A stretch of DNA of 64,000 nt, taken from the sequence record ON528734; one strand, written 5' to 3'. Below, one piece after another: positions 8,164 through 18,168 of this stretch. A model generated the notes under the pieces. That model worked only from the letters and a program-made list of their open reading frames with translations. It ran no database searches and was not told the origin of the DNA. A program made the position numbers and the translations under genes. Position 1 is the stretch's first letter. Each line of letters opens with the position of its first letter. Origin of the DNA: Shigella phage ESh24.

Positions 8164-8691
8164 ATGAATGCTAAAGATATTTTCAACTTGGTAAACTACA
8201 ATGATGGTAAATTTAAATCTGAAGCTCAAAGCAAGTTTTTTAATGATGTCTCAATCGGTGGTGAAATCACGGTTGATGGAGGACAAGTTTATAAATCTCG
8301 TTGGAATTGGATCGTTATTATCGATGAGATTGGTATTGTAGAAATTTACAAGAATACGAATAAAAATCGTACATTACACTGGTCTCGTGATACTAACGAA
8401 CAGTACAAAAAGGATAAAGCATCTAAATTATCTCGTGTAACTCAAGAAGATATTGAGTTCATCAAAAAGGATATTTTGATGTATGATAACTTAATTGCTG
8501 AAGAGCAAGCTGTTATTGATAAATTTGACGAGATTAAAGCTTCTCGTGAAATTCCTGATTTTATGAAAGAATCAGTAAATGAACGATACACTCTCATTTC
8601 AGAGCGTATTGAAACTTACAAAAAGCAAAGAGCTGAACGCCAGAACACTCTTCGGAAATTTGAAGAACGGTTAAAGACGGTACTCGCATAA
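8164..8691 (+). CDS. hypothetical protein (175 aa)
   Basis: Start after conserved leader; C-terminal charged helical region. Confidence 0.6.
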   Translation: MNAKDIFNLVNYNDGKFKSEAQSKFFNDVSIGGEITVDGGQVYKSRWNWIVIIDEIGIVEIYKNTNKNRTLHWSRDTNEQYKKDKASKLSRVTQEDIEFIKKDILMYDNLIAEEQAVIDKFDEIKASREIPDFMKESVNERYTLISERIETYKKQRAERQNTLRKFEERLKTVLA

Positions 8692-8715
8692 CCGCTTTAT
8701 ACCAAGGATGGTATA

Positions 8716-9150
8716 ATGGTTCTAAGCCCTTTAATTGAGAATATGAATATGAAACAGTTAATAATTAAAAGATTGAATTTATTGATATGTTGTTTATGTG
8801 TAATAGTTGCATATGGTTATTACGCAATTAATGATTATATGCATTATAAAGATTATGATGTTACTGTAGTTAATACCCTTACAGGAACTCAAGGAAAGGG
8901 ATCTAGTTTATCGTTTATTGCCGTATATGAACTCAAAGACGGTTATAGATTTAGTGAATATATTTCCCCAGAGATGTATTCATCAATAGAAAAAGGCGAT
9001 AATATTACTGTAAGTTTACGTCCTTTTGACGTAAAACAGACATGGTTTGATAATATTATTTGGTTCTTTGGAATGGCATTAGTTCAATCTATATGTGGTA
9101 CTTATATAGTATGTTCAATCTTATTCCGCATAATTGATAAAATTGAGTGA
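8716..9150 (+). CDS. predicted membrane protein (144 aa)
   Basis: N- and C-terminal hydrophobic segments. Confidence 0.5.
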   Translation: MVLSPLIENMNMKQLIIKRLNLLICCLCVIVAYGYYAINDYMHYKDYDVTVVNTLTGTQGKGSSLSFIAVYELKDGYRFSEYISPEMYSSIEKGDNITVSLRPFDVKQTWFDNIIWFFGMALVQSICGTYIVCSILFRIIDKIE

Positions 9151-9157
9151 GGAAAAT

Positions 9158-10048
9158 ATGTCAGTAGTAATTAATAATGTCAATGCAGTAATTAAATCTT
9201 TAGTTAATAAGAAAATGATGAATGAATGGACTGTACTTCGTCGTGGAGAGCCAGATAAATTTTTTCATAGATTTAACCCAACTTTGGATTTGAATGTTAT
9301 TGACAGAGATGTTCATGCAGAAATTTTAGATAAGTTTAAAGTTGATATTGGATTTGGATTAGAAAAACATTTACAGCGAACAAACGGGTCTGGAATGGGT
9401 TTATCTAATCGCATTATGAAAGCCCTTAATAAAATTGGAGCATTGTCTCGTATTAATGCAAGTGAAATTCTTCGCAATTATAATAAAGGCTATGATCTTT
9501 ATGGTCGATTAATGCCGAAATTATCATTTGACCAAATGATCGCGGATTTGTGGGAAAATCAACGACGATTATTAGCATTAGGCGCTCGATTAGCTAAAGG
9601 TCTAGATAAACAAATGATTTTTAAGACCAATAATACAGAAGACCTTAAATGCTTTAAATTTAGTACTCGTGGAGATGATTATTACATCAGAGCTCGCTCT
9701 ACTGATTATGCCAATATGGGTCATCATCTCTGTTTAGCTTTTGAAGTTTTAAAAGAAGCCGGAACATTAGAATATTCATCTGGTGCAAAATGCCCGATTG
9801 GTTCAAGTTGTATTTTAATTTATCGTCCGGATGAATCCAGTTCAACTAAATTGCCTACAAAACCTGTACCAGTTCGTAGTAATGAAAAACATTCTGAACA
9901 AATTGATTATTTTAATAAGCAAATTGAAGAGCTGAATATTTCTATTCAACAGTATGACGATGAAATTTTCAGACTATCTGGATTGAGTAGTAAAGCTAAA
10001 TCTGAGCGTGAAAAATTAATTAAAATTGTTGATTTACTTAAATCTTAA
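9158..10048 (+). CDS. hypothetical protein with C-terminal coiled coil (296 aa); member of tandem array
   Basis: GAGGAAA RBS; C-terminal heptad-rich segment. Confidence 0.6.
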   Translation: MSVVINNVNAVIKSLVNKKMMNEWTVLRRGEPDKFFHRFNPTLDLNVIDRDVHAEILDKFKVDIGFGLEKHLQRTNGSGMGLSNRIMKALNKIGALSRINASEILRNYNKGYDLYGRLMPKLSFDQMIADLWENQRRLLALGARLAKGLDKQMIFKTNNTEDLKCFKFSTRGDDYYIRARSTDYANMGHHLCLAFEVLKEAGTLEYSSGAKCPIGSSCILIYRPDESSSTKLPTKPVPVRSNEKHSEQIDYFNKQIEELNISIQQYDDEIFRLSGLSSKAKSEREKLIKIVDLLKS

Positions 10049-10056
10049 GGAACACC

Positions 10057-11079
10057 ATGAAAACTCGTTCTCAAATTGAAGATATGGTTCGTAATGCCAG
10101 CTATACTCGTGATGTTATGACATTTTTGTGCCAAAATAATTTAGACCCTGATAAAGTTAATCGTGTTATTCATCACTTTAAGTATACGAATAGCAGTGAA
10201 TGGGTGCGTAATTTTAGTAAAGCAGGGTATATTACGCAAATGACTGCTCGTGAACAGCTCACCGATTTCTGTAAAACTATTGATTATAAAAATCCTCTAT
10301 TTGTTCAAGGTGTTGGTCAAAGTAAGGTCGATTTATCATCTGGATTTTTCAATCCAAATCATTATCGTATTGAATGGAGATTTATTGCTCTATTCCGTAA
10401 ACAATTAAAGCAAATTTTGTCTACTGCTAGTCGATTAAAAGGTTCTGATATTAACTTAAAGAATCTGAAATTTGATGGTTATACTCTTCAGATGGAAGTA
10501 AGACCATTAAAAGAAAATAATAGAACTGCACGAATTAGCTTTAAACCTAATACAAAAAATTCTCTTTCAATTTGTGAATGCCTTAAATCACAGTTGACAG
10601 AAGCATTTAAGTATATGGATGTTGTTGCTGCTGTTCAATCTAAGATTTTACCTCGTTTTGAACGATTTAAGTTAGATACAACAACATATGAACTTGATAT
10701 GATTGTTTCATTTAAATACGATTTTTTGAGAAAGGACGAAGTCCCGCAAGAGAAAAAGCAGGAAGTGCAAGATACCTTAAATTCATCTAATTACTCATCA
10801 AACGATCCTAAATTTTGGATGTATAGCTCAAGCAATATAGATGCATGTAAACTTAATAAAGTGAGTTTTCTTCCTACTGAAAATTCAAATTTTAAACCTG
10901 TAGAAAAATGGCACGCTGACGCGATTGAGAAGTCTCTTAAGGCAGTAGATGATGAACTCGTTAAAGCGACCAATGAAGTGCTAGAAGCTGAAAAGGTGTT
11001 AGAACAAGCTCAGTCAAGGGTTCAAAATCTGACAAAGCAACGTTCTAAACTGAACAATGCACTAAATGCACTGAACTAG
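10057..11079 (+). CDS. hypothetical protein with C-terminal coiled coil (340 aa); member of tandem array
   Basis: Motif FRKQLKQILSTASRL resembles FKGQILKSASKL of next gene; C-terminal coiled coil. Confidence 0.6.
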   Translation: MKTRSQIEDMVRNASYTRDVMTFLCQNNLDPDKVNRVIHHFKYTNSSEWVRNFSKAGYITQMTAREQLTDFCKTIDYKNPLFVQGVGQSKVDLSSGFFNPNHYRIEWRFIALFRKQLKQILSTASRLKGSDINLKNLKFDGYTLQMEVRPLKENNRTARISFKPNTKNSLSICECLKSQLTEAFKYMDVVAAVQSKILPRFERFKLDTTTYELDMIVSFKYDFLRKDEVPQEKKQEVQDTLNSSNYSSNDPKFWMYSSSNIDACKLNKVSFLPTENSNFKPVEKWHADAIEKSLKAVDDELVKATNEVLEAEKVLEQAQSRVQNLTKQRSKLNNALNALN

Positions 11080-11110
11080 TTTACTTTGCCACAAGGATGT
11101 GGTATAATGT
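11079..11110 (+). promoter_or_regulatory. T4-type early promoter (GTTTACTTTGCCACAAGGATGTGGTATAAT)
   Basis: Near-identical 30-mer also at 55657-55686. Confidence 0.75.
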
Positions 11111-11136
11111 TCTTACTTTCTACTGAGGAGATTAAT

Positions 11137-12138
11137 ATGACTCGTAACGAATATATCAAATCATTCAATAGCGTTATTGATGATAAAGCTATACCGATGT
11201 TTGGCCAAAATAGCGTTCTTTCTATTATTAATCAATGGCTCAATAGTGTTGATGCAAGTATTGTTTCTTCTACTAAATTTATTCATGAAATTCGTAAAAT
11301 TTCTAGCCGTGTAGATAAAGATCTTATCAAGAAAACCTTTAAAGAGTCTCGTCTTCTTTCATATTTGGTTAATCGGGATATTCTTGGTAATTTTGGGAAA
11401 GAAATTAAACGAACCAAAGATGTAGTAGGATATAATTGGTTCGGTGATGTTAATTCTTATCATCTTAATAATAAAGAAGACCCTGAGAATATTTTTACTC
11501 GTCGTTGGATTAGTAATTTCAGACTTTTCAAAGGACAAATTCTAAAATCAGCTTCTAAATTATGTTATGGCGATTATCGTCAAATTCATCCTTTGGCTTC
11601 TGATATGATTATCGTAAAAGAATATGAGCTTGATGAAAATAAAGTAGCTATTTTTGTGAATTATGGATTTTTTACACCAAACGCTAACCAAAAGAATATT
11701 AATAAATTTTTCTCAATTGCTAGCACTATAACTCGTCAGTTAGAGACTGCATTACTTTGTATGGAAACAGTAGAAAATATTCATACATATCCTTTTAAGA
11801 ATATATGCGGATGGGAAGGATATAAAATTGTAATTAGTCTTCGTGAAGTGAAATGTGCTTATTCACCTACTGATAAAGAAATTTACCAACAAAAATGCGA
11901 AGAAATTGTGAATACTCCTAAAGAAGAAACTACCCTTGAGGAACTAATGGATAATCTTGATGATTCGCCTGAACCGGTAGAAATTCGTCCAGAAGTTATT
12001 GCGTTAGAAAAAGCTTATAAAGAAGTTCTAGAAATTTCTAATAAAGCACAGAAAGAATATGAGCAGGCTAAAAGGATTTGGGAAGAATCTGTTAATCGTC
12101 TTGATCGTTTGGAACAAGCTTTACAGTTAATTAAGTAA
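11137..12138 (+). CDS. hypothetical protein with C-terminal coiled coil (333 aa); member of tandem array
   Basis: GAGGAG RBS; shares internal motif with 10057 gene. Confidence 0.6.
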   Translation: MTRNEYIKSFNSVIDDKAIPMFGQNSVLSIINQWLNSVDASIVSSTKFIHEIRKISSRVDKDLIKKTFKESRLLSYLVNRDILGNFGKEIKRTKDVVGYNWFGDVNSYHLNNKEDPENIFTRRWISNFRLFKGQILKSASKLCYGDYRQIHPLASDMIIVKEYELDENKVAIFVNYGFFTPNANQKNINKFFSIASTITRQLETALLCMETVENIHTYPFKNICGWEGYKIVISLREVKCAYSPTDKEIYQQKCEEIVNTPKEETTLEELMDNLDDSPEPVEIRPEVIALEKAYKEVLEISNKAQKEYEQAKRIWEESVNRLDRLEQALQLIK

Positions 12139-12190
12139 TTTAAAGCCAAGGATGGCTCGGAGTATAAACCATTAACCAAGTGAGAAGAAT

Positions 12191-13117
12191 ATGAAAACTC
12201 GTAAACATTATATTGATTATTTTGACAGTCTTATTACTAAACATCGTGATTATCAGATAGGACACAGAACAGTAGTTAATAATATTCTTCGTGATTTTTT
12301 AGACTATATTGGATGGGAAAACCATATTTGTAAAGATACACAAAATGCGTATTCACATTCTCTTGGTTCTTTGCTAGGGTGGTTCAAACGTTCCCGATTA
12401 CTATCTTCTGTGATAGCTGTTAATAATGTTAAAAAATTTATGTATCCAAGCTATATTGAGACTAATGTATCAAATGCTAATGTTGTTACATTTAATATTA
12501 TTAATGACGTGAAAAGAACTTATTTAGAAGAATGGTTTTCTAAAAATAGTAAAGAAAAATTTGCTAGTGAGTTTTCACACGAATTTAATAATAATGTGAA
12601 TATGCTTTTTAAGCATTCTCGTAGACTGTTTTGTCATGGCGATGACCGTACTATTAATGTAAATGTAAAAGATTGGGTTACGGCTAAATTCATTCCATCA
12701 TCACAGAATGGACCATTTGAATTGTCAATTATTGTTTGTGCTCCACATGAAATATATAAAAATCTTCCATATATGAAACCATGTGAAGCTAATAAACATA
12801 ATAAAACGATTCGTTCTTTGACTTATAATCTTCGTACGTTATTGTCTAAAATGGACGTAGTTGAATCCTTTGATGATAATACGAATTATGGTCTTTCACT
12901 GTTTGAAACTAAAGTTGTTATTAAGTTAAAGGACCCTAGTAAATTTAAACCTACGCCAAAATCCAATCATGAAAATGATACTATGAAAGAAGAACGCGAA
13001 TATCTCAATGCTCGTTTGATTGAAGTTGAAGCCCAAATTGCAGAACACACCAAATTGTTAAAAGCTCTTAATGCAAAAGCAAATGGTTTACGTAATGCTA
13101 TTGAGGTATTGAAATGA
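12191..13117 (+). CDS. hypothetical protein with C-terminal coiled coil (308 aa); member of tandem array
   Basis: Same architecture as three upstream genes. Confidence 0.6.
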   Translation: MKTRKHYIDYFDSLITKHRDYQIGHRTVVNNILRDFLDYIGWENHICKDTQNAYSHSLGSLLGWFKRSRLLSSVIAVNNVKKFMYPSYIETNVSNANVVTFNIINDVKRTYLEEWFSKNSKEKFASEFSHEFNNNVNMLFKHSRRLFCHGDDRTINVNVKDWVTAKFIPSSQNGPFELSIIVCAPHEIYKNLPYMKPCEANKHNKTIRSLTYNLRTLLSKMDVVESFDDNTNYGLSLFETKVVIKLKDPSKFKPTPKSNHENDTMKEEREYLNARLIEVEAQIAEHTKLLKALNAKANGLRNAIEVLK

Positions 13118-13431
13118 AAAAGCGTCTATTAGAAGACATTGCAGCTTCAAGTAATTCTAGTCTAATTAAAATTATTATGGCTGGTGAAGAAGACGATCTG
13201 GAAATGCGTGGAAAGATTCATGGTTGTGACGATTTAGATTTTAAACCGCCAGCCTGGGACGCTATTATGGTTATGGTTGAACGTCGCGAAAGGGCTTCTA
13301 AAAACGTTCCTAATTGCCCTGAATGCGGTACTGAACAGGTGCAATTGGTCCATTGGCAGACTAGTAATCTTCGTTATAAATGTCGCCATTGTAAACACCG
13401 ATTTGACCGAGAAGAAAATGACCAAGCGTAA
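13114..13431 (+). CDS. hypothetical zinc-ribbon protein (105 aa)
   Basis: CPECG...CRHCKH four-Cys motif. Confidence 0.55.
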   Translation: MKKRLLEDIAASSNSSLIKIIMAGEEDDLEMRGKIHGCDDLDFKPPAWDAIMVMVERRERASKNVPNCPECGTEQVQLVHWQTSNLRYKCRHCKHRFDREENDQA

Positions 13432-13660
13432 AGAATATATGGAGGCTGCTGAAAAGGCAGTCCGTGAATTAGCAATAGCTTATTATAATGAACATGGTAA
13501 ATTTCCTGATAGATACAGCGTGCTTAAATCTGCTTTAACTCGTTCATATAAAAATATGCTATCAGAAGTAAGTGATATTATATACAAACATAAAGAACAA
13601 ACAGGCCAAAGTCTTGATTACGACGAGACTTTTAAACAAGTACTAGGAATTAAGGAATAA
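13418..13660 (+). CDS. hypothetical protein (80 aa)
   Basis: ATG overlapping end of upstream ORF. Confidence 0.5.
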   Translation: MTKRKEYMEAAEKAVRELAIAYYNEHGKFPDRYSVLKSALTRSYKNMLSEVSDIIYKHKEQTGQSLDYDETFKQVLGIKE

Positions 13661-13661
13661 T

Positions 13662-13925
13662 ATGTTTAAAGTATATGGTTATGATAGCAACATCCATAAA
13701 TGCGTGTATTGTGATAATGCAAAACGTCTTTTGACCGTGAAGAAACAGCCATTTGAATTTATCAACATTATGCCGGAAAAAGGTGTTTTTGATGATGAGA
13801 AAATTGCTGAGCTTCTGACTAAACTAGGTCGTGATACTCAAATTGGATTGACAATGCCGCAGGTATTCGCTCCAGATGGAAGTCATATTGGTGGATTTGA
13901 CCAATTGCGGGAATATTTTAAATGA
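13662..13925 (+). CDS. nrdC: thioredoxin/glutaredoxin NrdC
   Basis: 87 aa, CVYC redox motif; matches T4 thioredoxin. Confidence 0.9.
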   Translation: MFKVYGYDSNIHKCVYCDNAKRLLTVKKQPFEFINIMPEKGVFDDEKIAELLTKLGRDTQIGLTMPQVFAPDGSHIGGFDQLREYFK

Positions 13926-14137
13926 TGCTTGAAGGAACTGATTATATCCATGACTACCGCGGAAGCGCGGTATATGTAGGTGATGAAGTTGCAGTTTACT
14001 ACGGGTATGGAACTTTGATGACAGCTAAGGTTATTCAAATTAAAAATAATCGTGCTAAACTCGAAGTTTATTATTCTAATGGTGAAAAGTCTATTTCTAA
14101 ATGGAAATATGGCGATTGCATGGTTAAACTGGGGTAA
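13922..14137 (+). CDS. hypothetical protein (71 aa)
   Basis: ATGA overlap with nrdC. Confidence 0.5.
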   Translation: MMLEGTDYIHDYRGSAVYVGDEVAVYYGYGTLMTAKVIQIKNNRAKLEVYYSNGEKSISKWKYGDCMVKLG

Positions 14138-14139
14138 AT

Positions 14140-14310
14140 ATGATTTACGATATTAGTGTATCAAGAACTCCGTCAATGGTTACTATTCCAGCTGAAGAAT
14201 TAGATCGTCTTCATAAAATTGAAGAACTTCTTTGGGAAATTGAATGTGACCTGCCATCAGGACTAGAATCCTGGATTGAATATGAAGAACTTAATAAGCT
14301 TCGGGATTAA
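14140..14310 (+). CDS. hypothetical protein (56 aa)
   Basis: ORF following upstream stop; <60 aa. Confidence 0.4.
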   Translation: MIYDISVSRTPSMVTIPAEELDRLHKIEELLWEIECDLPSGLESWIEYEELNKLRD

Positions 14311-14432
14311 ACCTTGGTGGGCGGCTAGATGGGAAACTGTAGAGCCAGAGCCGGAAGAACCGGTTTACACAGATGAAGAAATAGTATATAATGAACCAAC
14401 AATAAATGACTTAATTGATATGGAGATGGGAC

Positions 14433-14879
14433 ATGATTACAGTAAATAAATGGTTTAGAATTAATCGTGCTGATAATGGTCTTTGTACATACTGGCCAGA
14501 ACTCAATGTAGGCACCGTCTTTAAAGTTCGTCAAATTGCATGTGAAGATCTTGATAGTATAGAATCTGATACTGGAATTATTGAAATTGAACTTTCTGAC
14601 GGAAAGATTATTAATATCTACGATAAGCCAATTACTTACTGGTGTTTGTGGAATAACGAATCTGTCGAAAATGGCGAAATTGAAGAAGTTGTAGAACGAA
14701 TTGATCAAGTTCTTCATAAACCCAAAGCTGAATTCCAAGGTGAACGTATTTCTTATGCTCTAGCTAAATTAGCTGGGCAAGAGAATAATGATGGTTATGA
14801 AGGTAACCTGATGCAAGCTGCGGCAGAATATATTGAATGGCTTGAAACTCAAAAATCTTTTTCTGACCGAGCGTTTTAA
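14433..14879 (+). CDS. hypothetical protein (148 aa); possibly pin (protease inhibitor) by position
   Basis: Position between nrdC and 49; identity not verifiable from sequence alone. Confidence 0.45.
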   Translation: MITVNKWFRINRADNGLCTYWPELNVGTVFKVRQIACEDLDSIESDTGIIEIELSDGKIINIYDKPITYWCLWNNESVENGEIEEVVERIDQVLHKPKAEFQGERISYALAKLAGQENNDGYEGNLMQAAAEYIEWLETQKSFSDRAF

Positions 14880-15055
14880 TGAAAACTGAACTGATTTATA
14901 CAGAAAAACTGAATGGCGGCAAGGTCTGGAAACTTTTTATTAAAGGAAGTCCTGTCGATCCCAATATGACTACTTGTGTAGGAACTTATTCCCGTCCTAC
15001 TAAAAAGATGATTCGACAATATAAGCGATTGCATCGTGCATTTTACAATACTTGA
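14879..15055 (+). CDS. hypothetical basic small protein (58 aa)
   Basis: ATGA overlap with upstream ORF. Confidence 0.4.
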   Translation: MKTELIYTEKLNGGKVWKLFIKGSPVDPNMTTCVGTYSRPTKKMIRQYKRLHRAFYNT

Positions 15056-15096
15056 AAATAATAAATACCCTTATCTATTTAAGGTAAGGGTTTATT

Positions 15097-15570
15097 ATGT
15101 TATTGACTGGCAAATTATACAAAGAAGAAAAACAGAAATTTTATGATGCACAAAATGGTAAATGTTTAATTTGCCAGCGAGAACTAAATCCTGATGTTCA
15201 AGCTAATCATCTTGATCATGACCATGAATTAAATGGACCAAAAGCAGGAAAGGTACGTGGATTGCTTTGTAATCTCTGCAATGCCGCAGAAGGTCAAATG
15301 AAACATAAATTTAATCGTTCTGGCTTAAAGGGGCAAGGTGTTGATTATCTTGAATGGTTAGAAAATTTACTTACTTATTTAAAATCCGATTACACCCAAA
15401 ATAATATTCACCCTAACTTTGTTGGAGATAAATCAAAGGAATTTTCTCGTTTAGGAAAAGATGAAATGATGGCTGAGATGCTTCAAAGAGGATTTGAATA
15501 TAATGAATCTGACACTAAAACACAGTTAATAGCTTCATTTAAGAAGCAGCTTAGAAAGAGTTTAAAATGA
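15097..15570 (+). CDS. 49: endonuclease VII (Holliday junction resolvase)
   Basis: 157 aa; CLICQ...HLDHDHELNG...CNLCN His-Cys box typical of T4 EndoVII. Confidence 0.9.
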   Translation: MLLTGKLYKEEKQKFYDAQNGKCLICQRELNPDVQANHLDHDHELNGPKAGKVRGLLCNLCNAAEGQMKHKFNRSGLKGQGVDYLEWLENLLTYLKSDYTQNNIHPNFVGDKSKEFSRLGKDEMMAEMLQRGFEYNESDTKTQLIASFKKQLRKSLK

Positions 15571-17384
15571 CAATTGAAAAAGAAATTGAAGGATTGATTC
15601 ATAAAACTAATAAAGACCTTTTGAACGAGAATGCTAATAAAGATTCTCGTGTTTTTCCAACTCAACGGGACCTTATGGCTGGTATTGTGTCTAAACACAT
15701 TGCCAAAAATATGGTCCCGTCTTTTATTATGAAAGCGCATGAAAGCGGAATTATTCATTTCCATGATATTGATTATTCCCCTGCTCTTCCATTTACTAAT
15801 TGTTGTTTAGTAGATTTAAAAGGAATGCTTGAAAACGGATTTAAGCTTGGTAATGCACAGATTGAAACTCCTAAATCAATTGGAGTTGCTACTGCAATTA
15901 TGGCACAAATTACTGCGCAAGTTGCTTCTCACCAATACGGCGGAACGACCTTTGCGAATGTAGATAAAGTACTTTCTCCTTATGTTAAACGCACCTATGC
16001 AAAACATATTGAGGATGCAGAAAAATGGCAAATCGCCGATGCGTTGAATTATGCTCAATCTAAAACAGAAAAAGATGTATACGATGCATTCCAAGCTTAT
16101 GAATATGAAGTAAATACTCTCTTTAGTTCAAACGGACAGACTCCTTTTGTAACAATTACATTTGGTACGGGAACTGACTGGACTGAACGAATGATTCAGA
16201 AAGCAATTCTGAAAAATCGTATTAAAGGTCTTGGTCGTGATGGGATAACTCCTATTTTCCCTAAGCTTGTTATGTTCGTCGAAGAAGGTGTTAATCTTTA
16301 TAAAGACGATCCGAACTATGATATTAAGCAACTTGCTCTAGAGTGCGCAAGTAAAAGAATGTATCCTGATATTATTTCAGCTAAGAACAATAAAGCTATC
16401 ACTGGCTCATCTATTCCTGTTTCTCCAATGGGTTGTCGTAGTTTCTTGAGCATATGGAAAGATTCGACTGGTAATGAAATTCTTGATGGACGTAATAATC
16501 TTGGCGTTGTAACACTGAATCTTCCTCGTATCGCATTAGATTCTTATATTGGAACACAGTTCAATGAACAGAAATTTACTGAATTATTCAATGAACGAAT
16601 GGATTTATGTTTTGAAGCTTTGATGCGTAGAATTAGTTCCTTAAAAGGAGTTAAAGCTACTGTTGCTCCTATTCTTTACCAAGAAGGTGCATTCGGGGTT
16701 CGTCTTAAACCTGACGACGACATAATTGAGTTATTTAAAAACGGTAGAAGTTCAGTGTCTTTAGGATACATTGGTATTCACGAATTGAATATTCTTGCCG
16801 GTCGTGATATTGGACGAGAAATTTTAACTAAAATGAATGCTCGTCTTAAACAGTGGACTGAAAGAACTGGATTTGCTTTTAGTTTATATTCGACTCCTGC
16901 TGAAAACCTTTGTTATCGCTTCTGTAAACTTGATACTGAAAAATATGGAAGTGTAAAGGATGTTACCGATAAAGGCTGGTACACTAATAGTTTCCATGTT
17001 TCAGTAGAAGAAAATATTACTCCGTTTGAAAAGATTTCTCGTGAAGCGCCATATCATTTCATTGCGACAGGTGGTCACATTTCTTATGTTGAACTTCCTG
17101 ATATGAAAAATAACTTAAAGGGTCTTGAGGCTGTCTGGGATTATGCTGTGCAGCATTTAGATTATTTTGGTGTTAACATGCCAGTAGATAAGTGTTTTAC
17201 ATGCGGAAGTACCCATGAAATGACTCCTACTGAAAGCGGATTTGTTTGTTCTATTTGTGGAGAAAGTGATCCTAAAAAGATGAACACAATAAGAAGAACA
17301 TGTGGTTATTTGGGAAATCCGAACGAGCGCGGATTTAATCTTGGCAAAAATAAAGAAATCATGCATAGGGTTAAACACCAATGA
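15567..17384 (+). CDS. nrdD: anaerobic ribonucleoside-triphosphate reductase, intron-less
   Basis: 605 aa uninterrupted; glycyl-radical motif RRTCGYLG and C-terminal CFTCG...CSICG zinc site. Confidence 0.95.
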   Translation: MTIEKEIEGLIHKTNKDLLNENANKDSRVFPTQRDLMAGIVSKHIAKNMVPSFIMKAHESGIIHFHDIDYSPALPFTNCCLVDLKGMLENGFKLGNAQIETPKSIGVATAIMAQITAQVASHQYGGTTFANVDKVLSPYVKRTYAKHIEDAEKWQIADALNYAQSKTEKDVYDAFQAYEYEVNTLFSSNGQTPFVTITFGTGTDWTERMIQKAILKNRIKGLGRDGITPIFPKLVMFVEEGVNLYKDDPNYDIKQLALECASKRMYPDIISAKNNKAITGSSIPVSPMGCRSFLSIWKDSTGNEILDGRNNLGVVTLNLPRIALDSYIGTQFNEQKFTELFNERMDLCFEALMRRISSLKGVKATVAPILYQEGAFGVRLKPDDDIIELFKNGRSSVSLGYIGIHELNILAGRDIGREILTKMNARLKQWTERTGFAFSLYSTPAENLCYRFCKLDTEKYGSVKDVTDKGWYTNSFHVSVEENITPFEKISREAPYHFIATGGHISYVELPDMKNNLKGLEAVWDYAVQHLDYFGVNMPVDKCFTCGSTHEMTPTESGFVCSICGESDPKKMNTIRRTCGYLGNPNERGFNLGKNKEIMHRVKHQ

Positions 17385-17851
17385 ATTATGACAGAATATA
17401 CCCGTGCTGCTTTGTGAATGGCCCTGGATGCAGGACTGTTCTTTTCGTTACAGGTTGTTTGCATAAATGCGAAGGGTGTTATAATAAATCAACATGGAAT
17501 GCTAGAAATGGTATTCCATTCACTGGTGAAACACTAGAGCAATTAATTGAATGTTTGAATAATGATTATATAGAAGGATTAACTATAACTGGAGGAGACC
17601 CTCTCTATCCTGATAATCGAGATGTTATTCATTGCATTGTTCAAACAGTAAAAAATCTTTATCCCAATAAAAGCATTTGGTTGTGGACAGGATATAAATT
17701 TGAAGATATTAAACAACTAGAAATGCTTAAATATGTTGATGTTATTATTGATGGGAAGTATGAGAAAAATCTTCCGACTAAAAAGCTGTGGCGAGGATCA
17801 GATAATCAGCGACTTTGGTCAAATACCGATGGGGTGTGGAAACATGATTAA
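17381..17851 (+). CDS. nrdG: anaerobic RNR activating enzyme (radical SAM)
   Basis: 156 aa; CLHKCEGCYN radical-SAM Cys cluster; ATGA overlap with nrdD. Confidence 0.92.
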   Translation: MNYDRIYPCCFVNGPGCRTVLFVTGCLHKCEGCYNKSTWNARNGIPFTGETLEQLIECLNNDYIEGLTITGGDPLYPDNRDVIHCIVQTVKNLYPNKSIWLWTGYKFEDIKQLEMLKYVDVIIDGKYEKNLPTKKLWRGSDNQRLWSNTDGVWKHD

Positions 17852-17953
17852 ATTGAATTATATTATGGATACTATAAATGATATGATTTTTCATTTTGGT
17901 CCACAGTATAGTTTAGTGCTTATCAATGCTTGGTTAATTAATTAAGGGTAAAT

Positions 17954-18166
17954 ATGTATAAATTTCGTAAAGGTTTAGCTGATTTTCTTACAACTGTAAC
18001 ATTCTTTCTGTTTATGGCAGTTGGAGCTATTTTCCTTATTCCTTTTATTGCTATATTTTTCGTGATTAGTTTAATTTCTCCAGAAAAGGGCTTATCTTCT
18101 AGTGAGTTTAATGAGCGTCTGGATAAAATTACTAACAAGCTGAATGCTGCTCTTAGTAAGGAATAG
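17954..18166 (+). CDS. small membrane protein (70 aa)
   Basis: Long hydrophobic stretch FFLFMAVGAIFLIPFIAIFFVISLI. Confidence 0.5.
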   Translation: MYKFRKGLADFLTTVTFFLFMAVGAIFLIPFIAIFFVISLISPEKGLSSSEFNERLDKITNKLNAALSKE

Positions 18167-18168
18167 TT

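Noticed and set aside
14325-14738. Minus-strand ORFs in the six-frame track that lie inside + strand genes (e.g. 14325-14738, 27928-28344, 51576-52040, 53464-53901, 58428-58790)
   Set aside because: They overlap well-supported + strand genes, lack RBSs and sit on the non-coding strand of an AT-rich genome. The minus-strand ORF at 41081-41281 is kept because it is intergenic with a strong RBS.
15567-17384. Group I intron with homing endonuclease in nrdD
   Set aside because: The nrdD reading frame is continuous for 605 codons with the glycyl-radical motif intact, so no intron.
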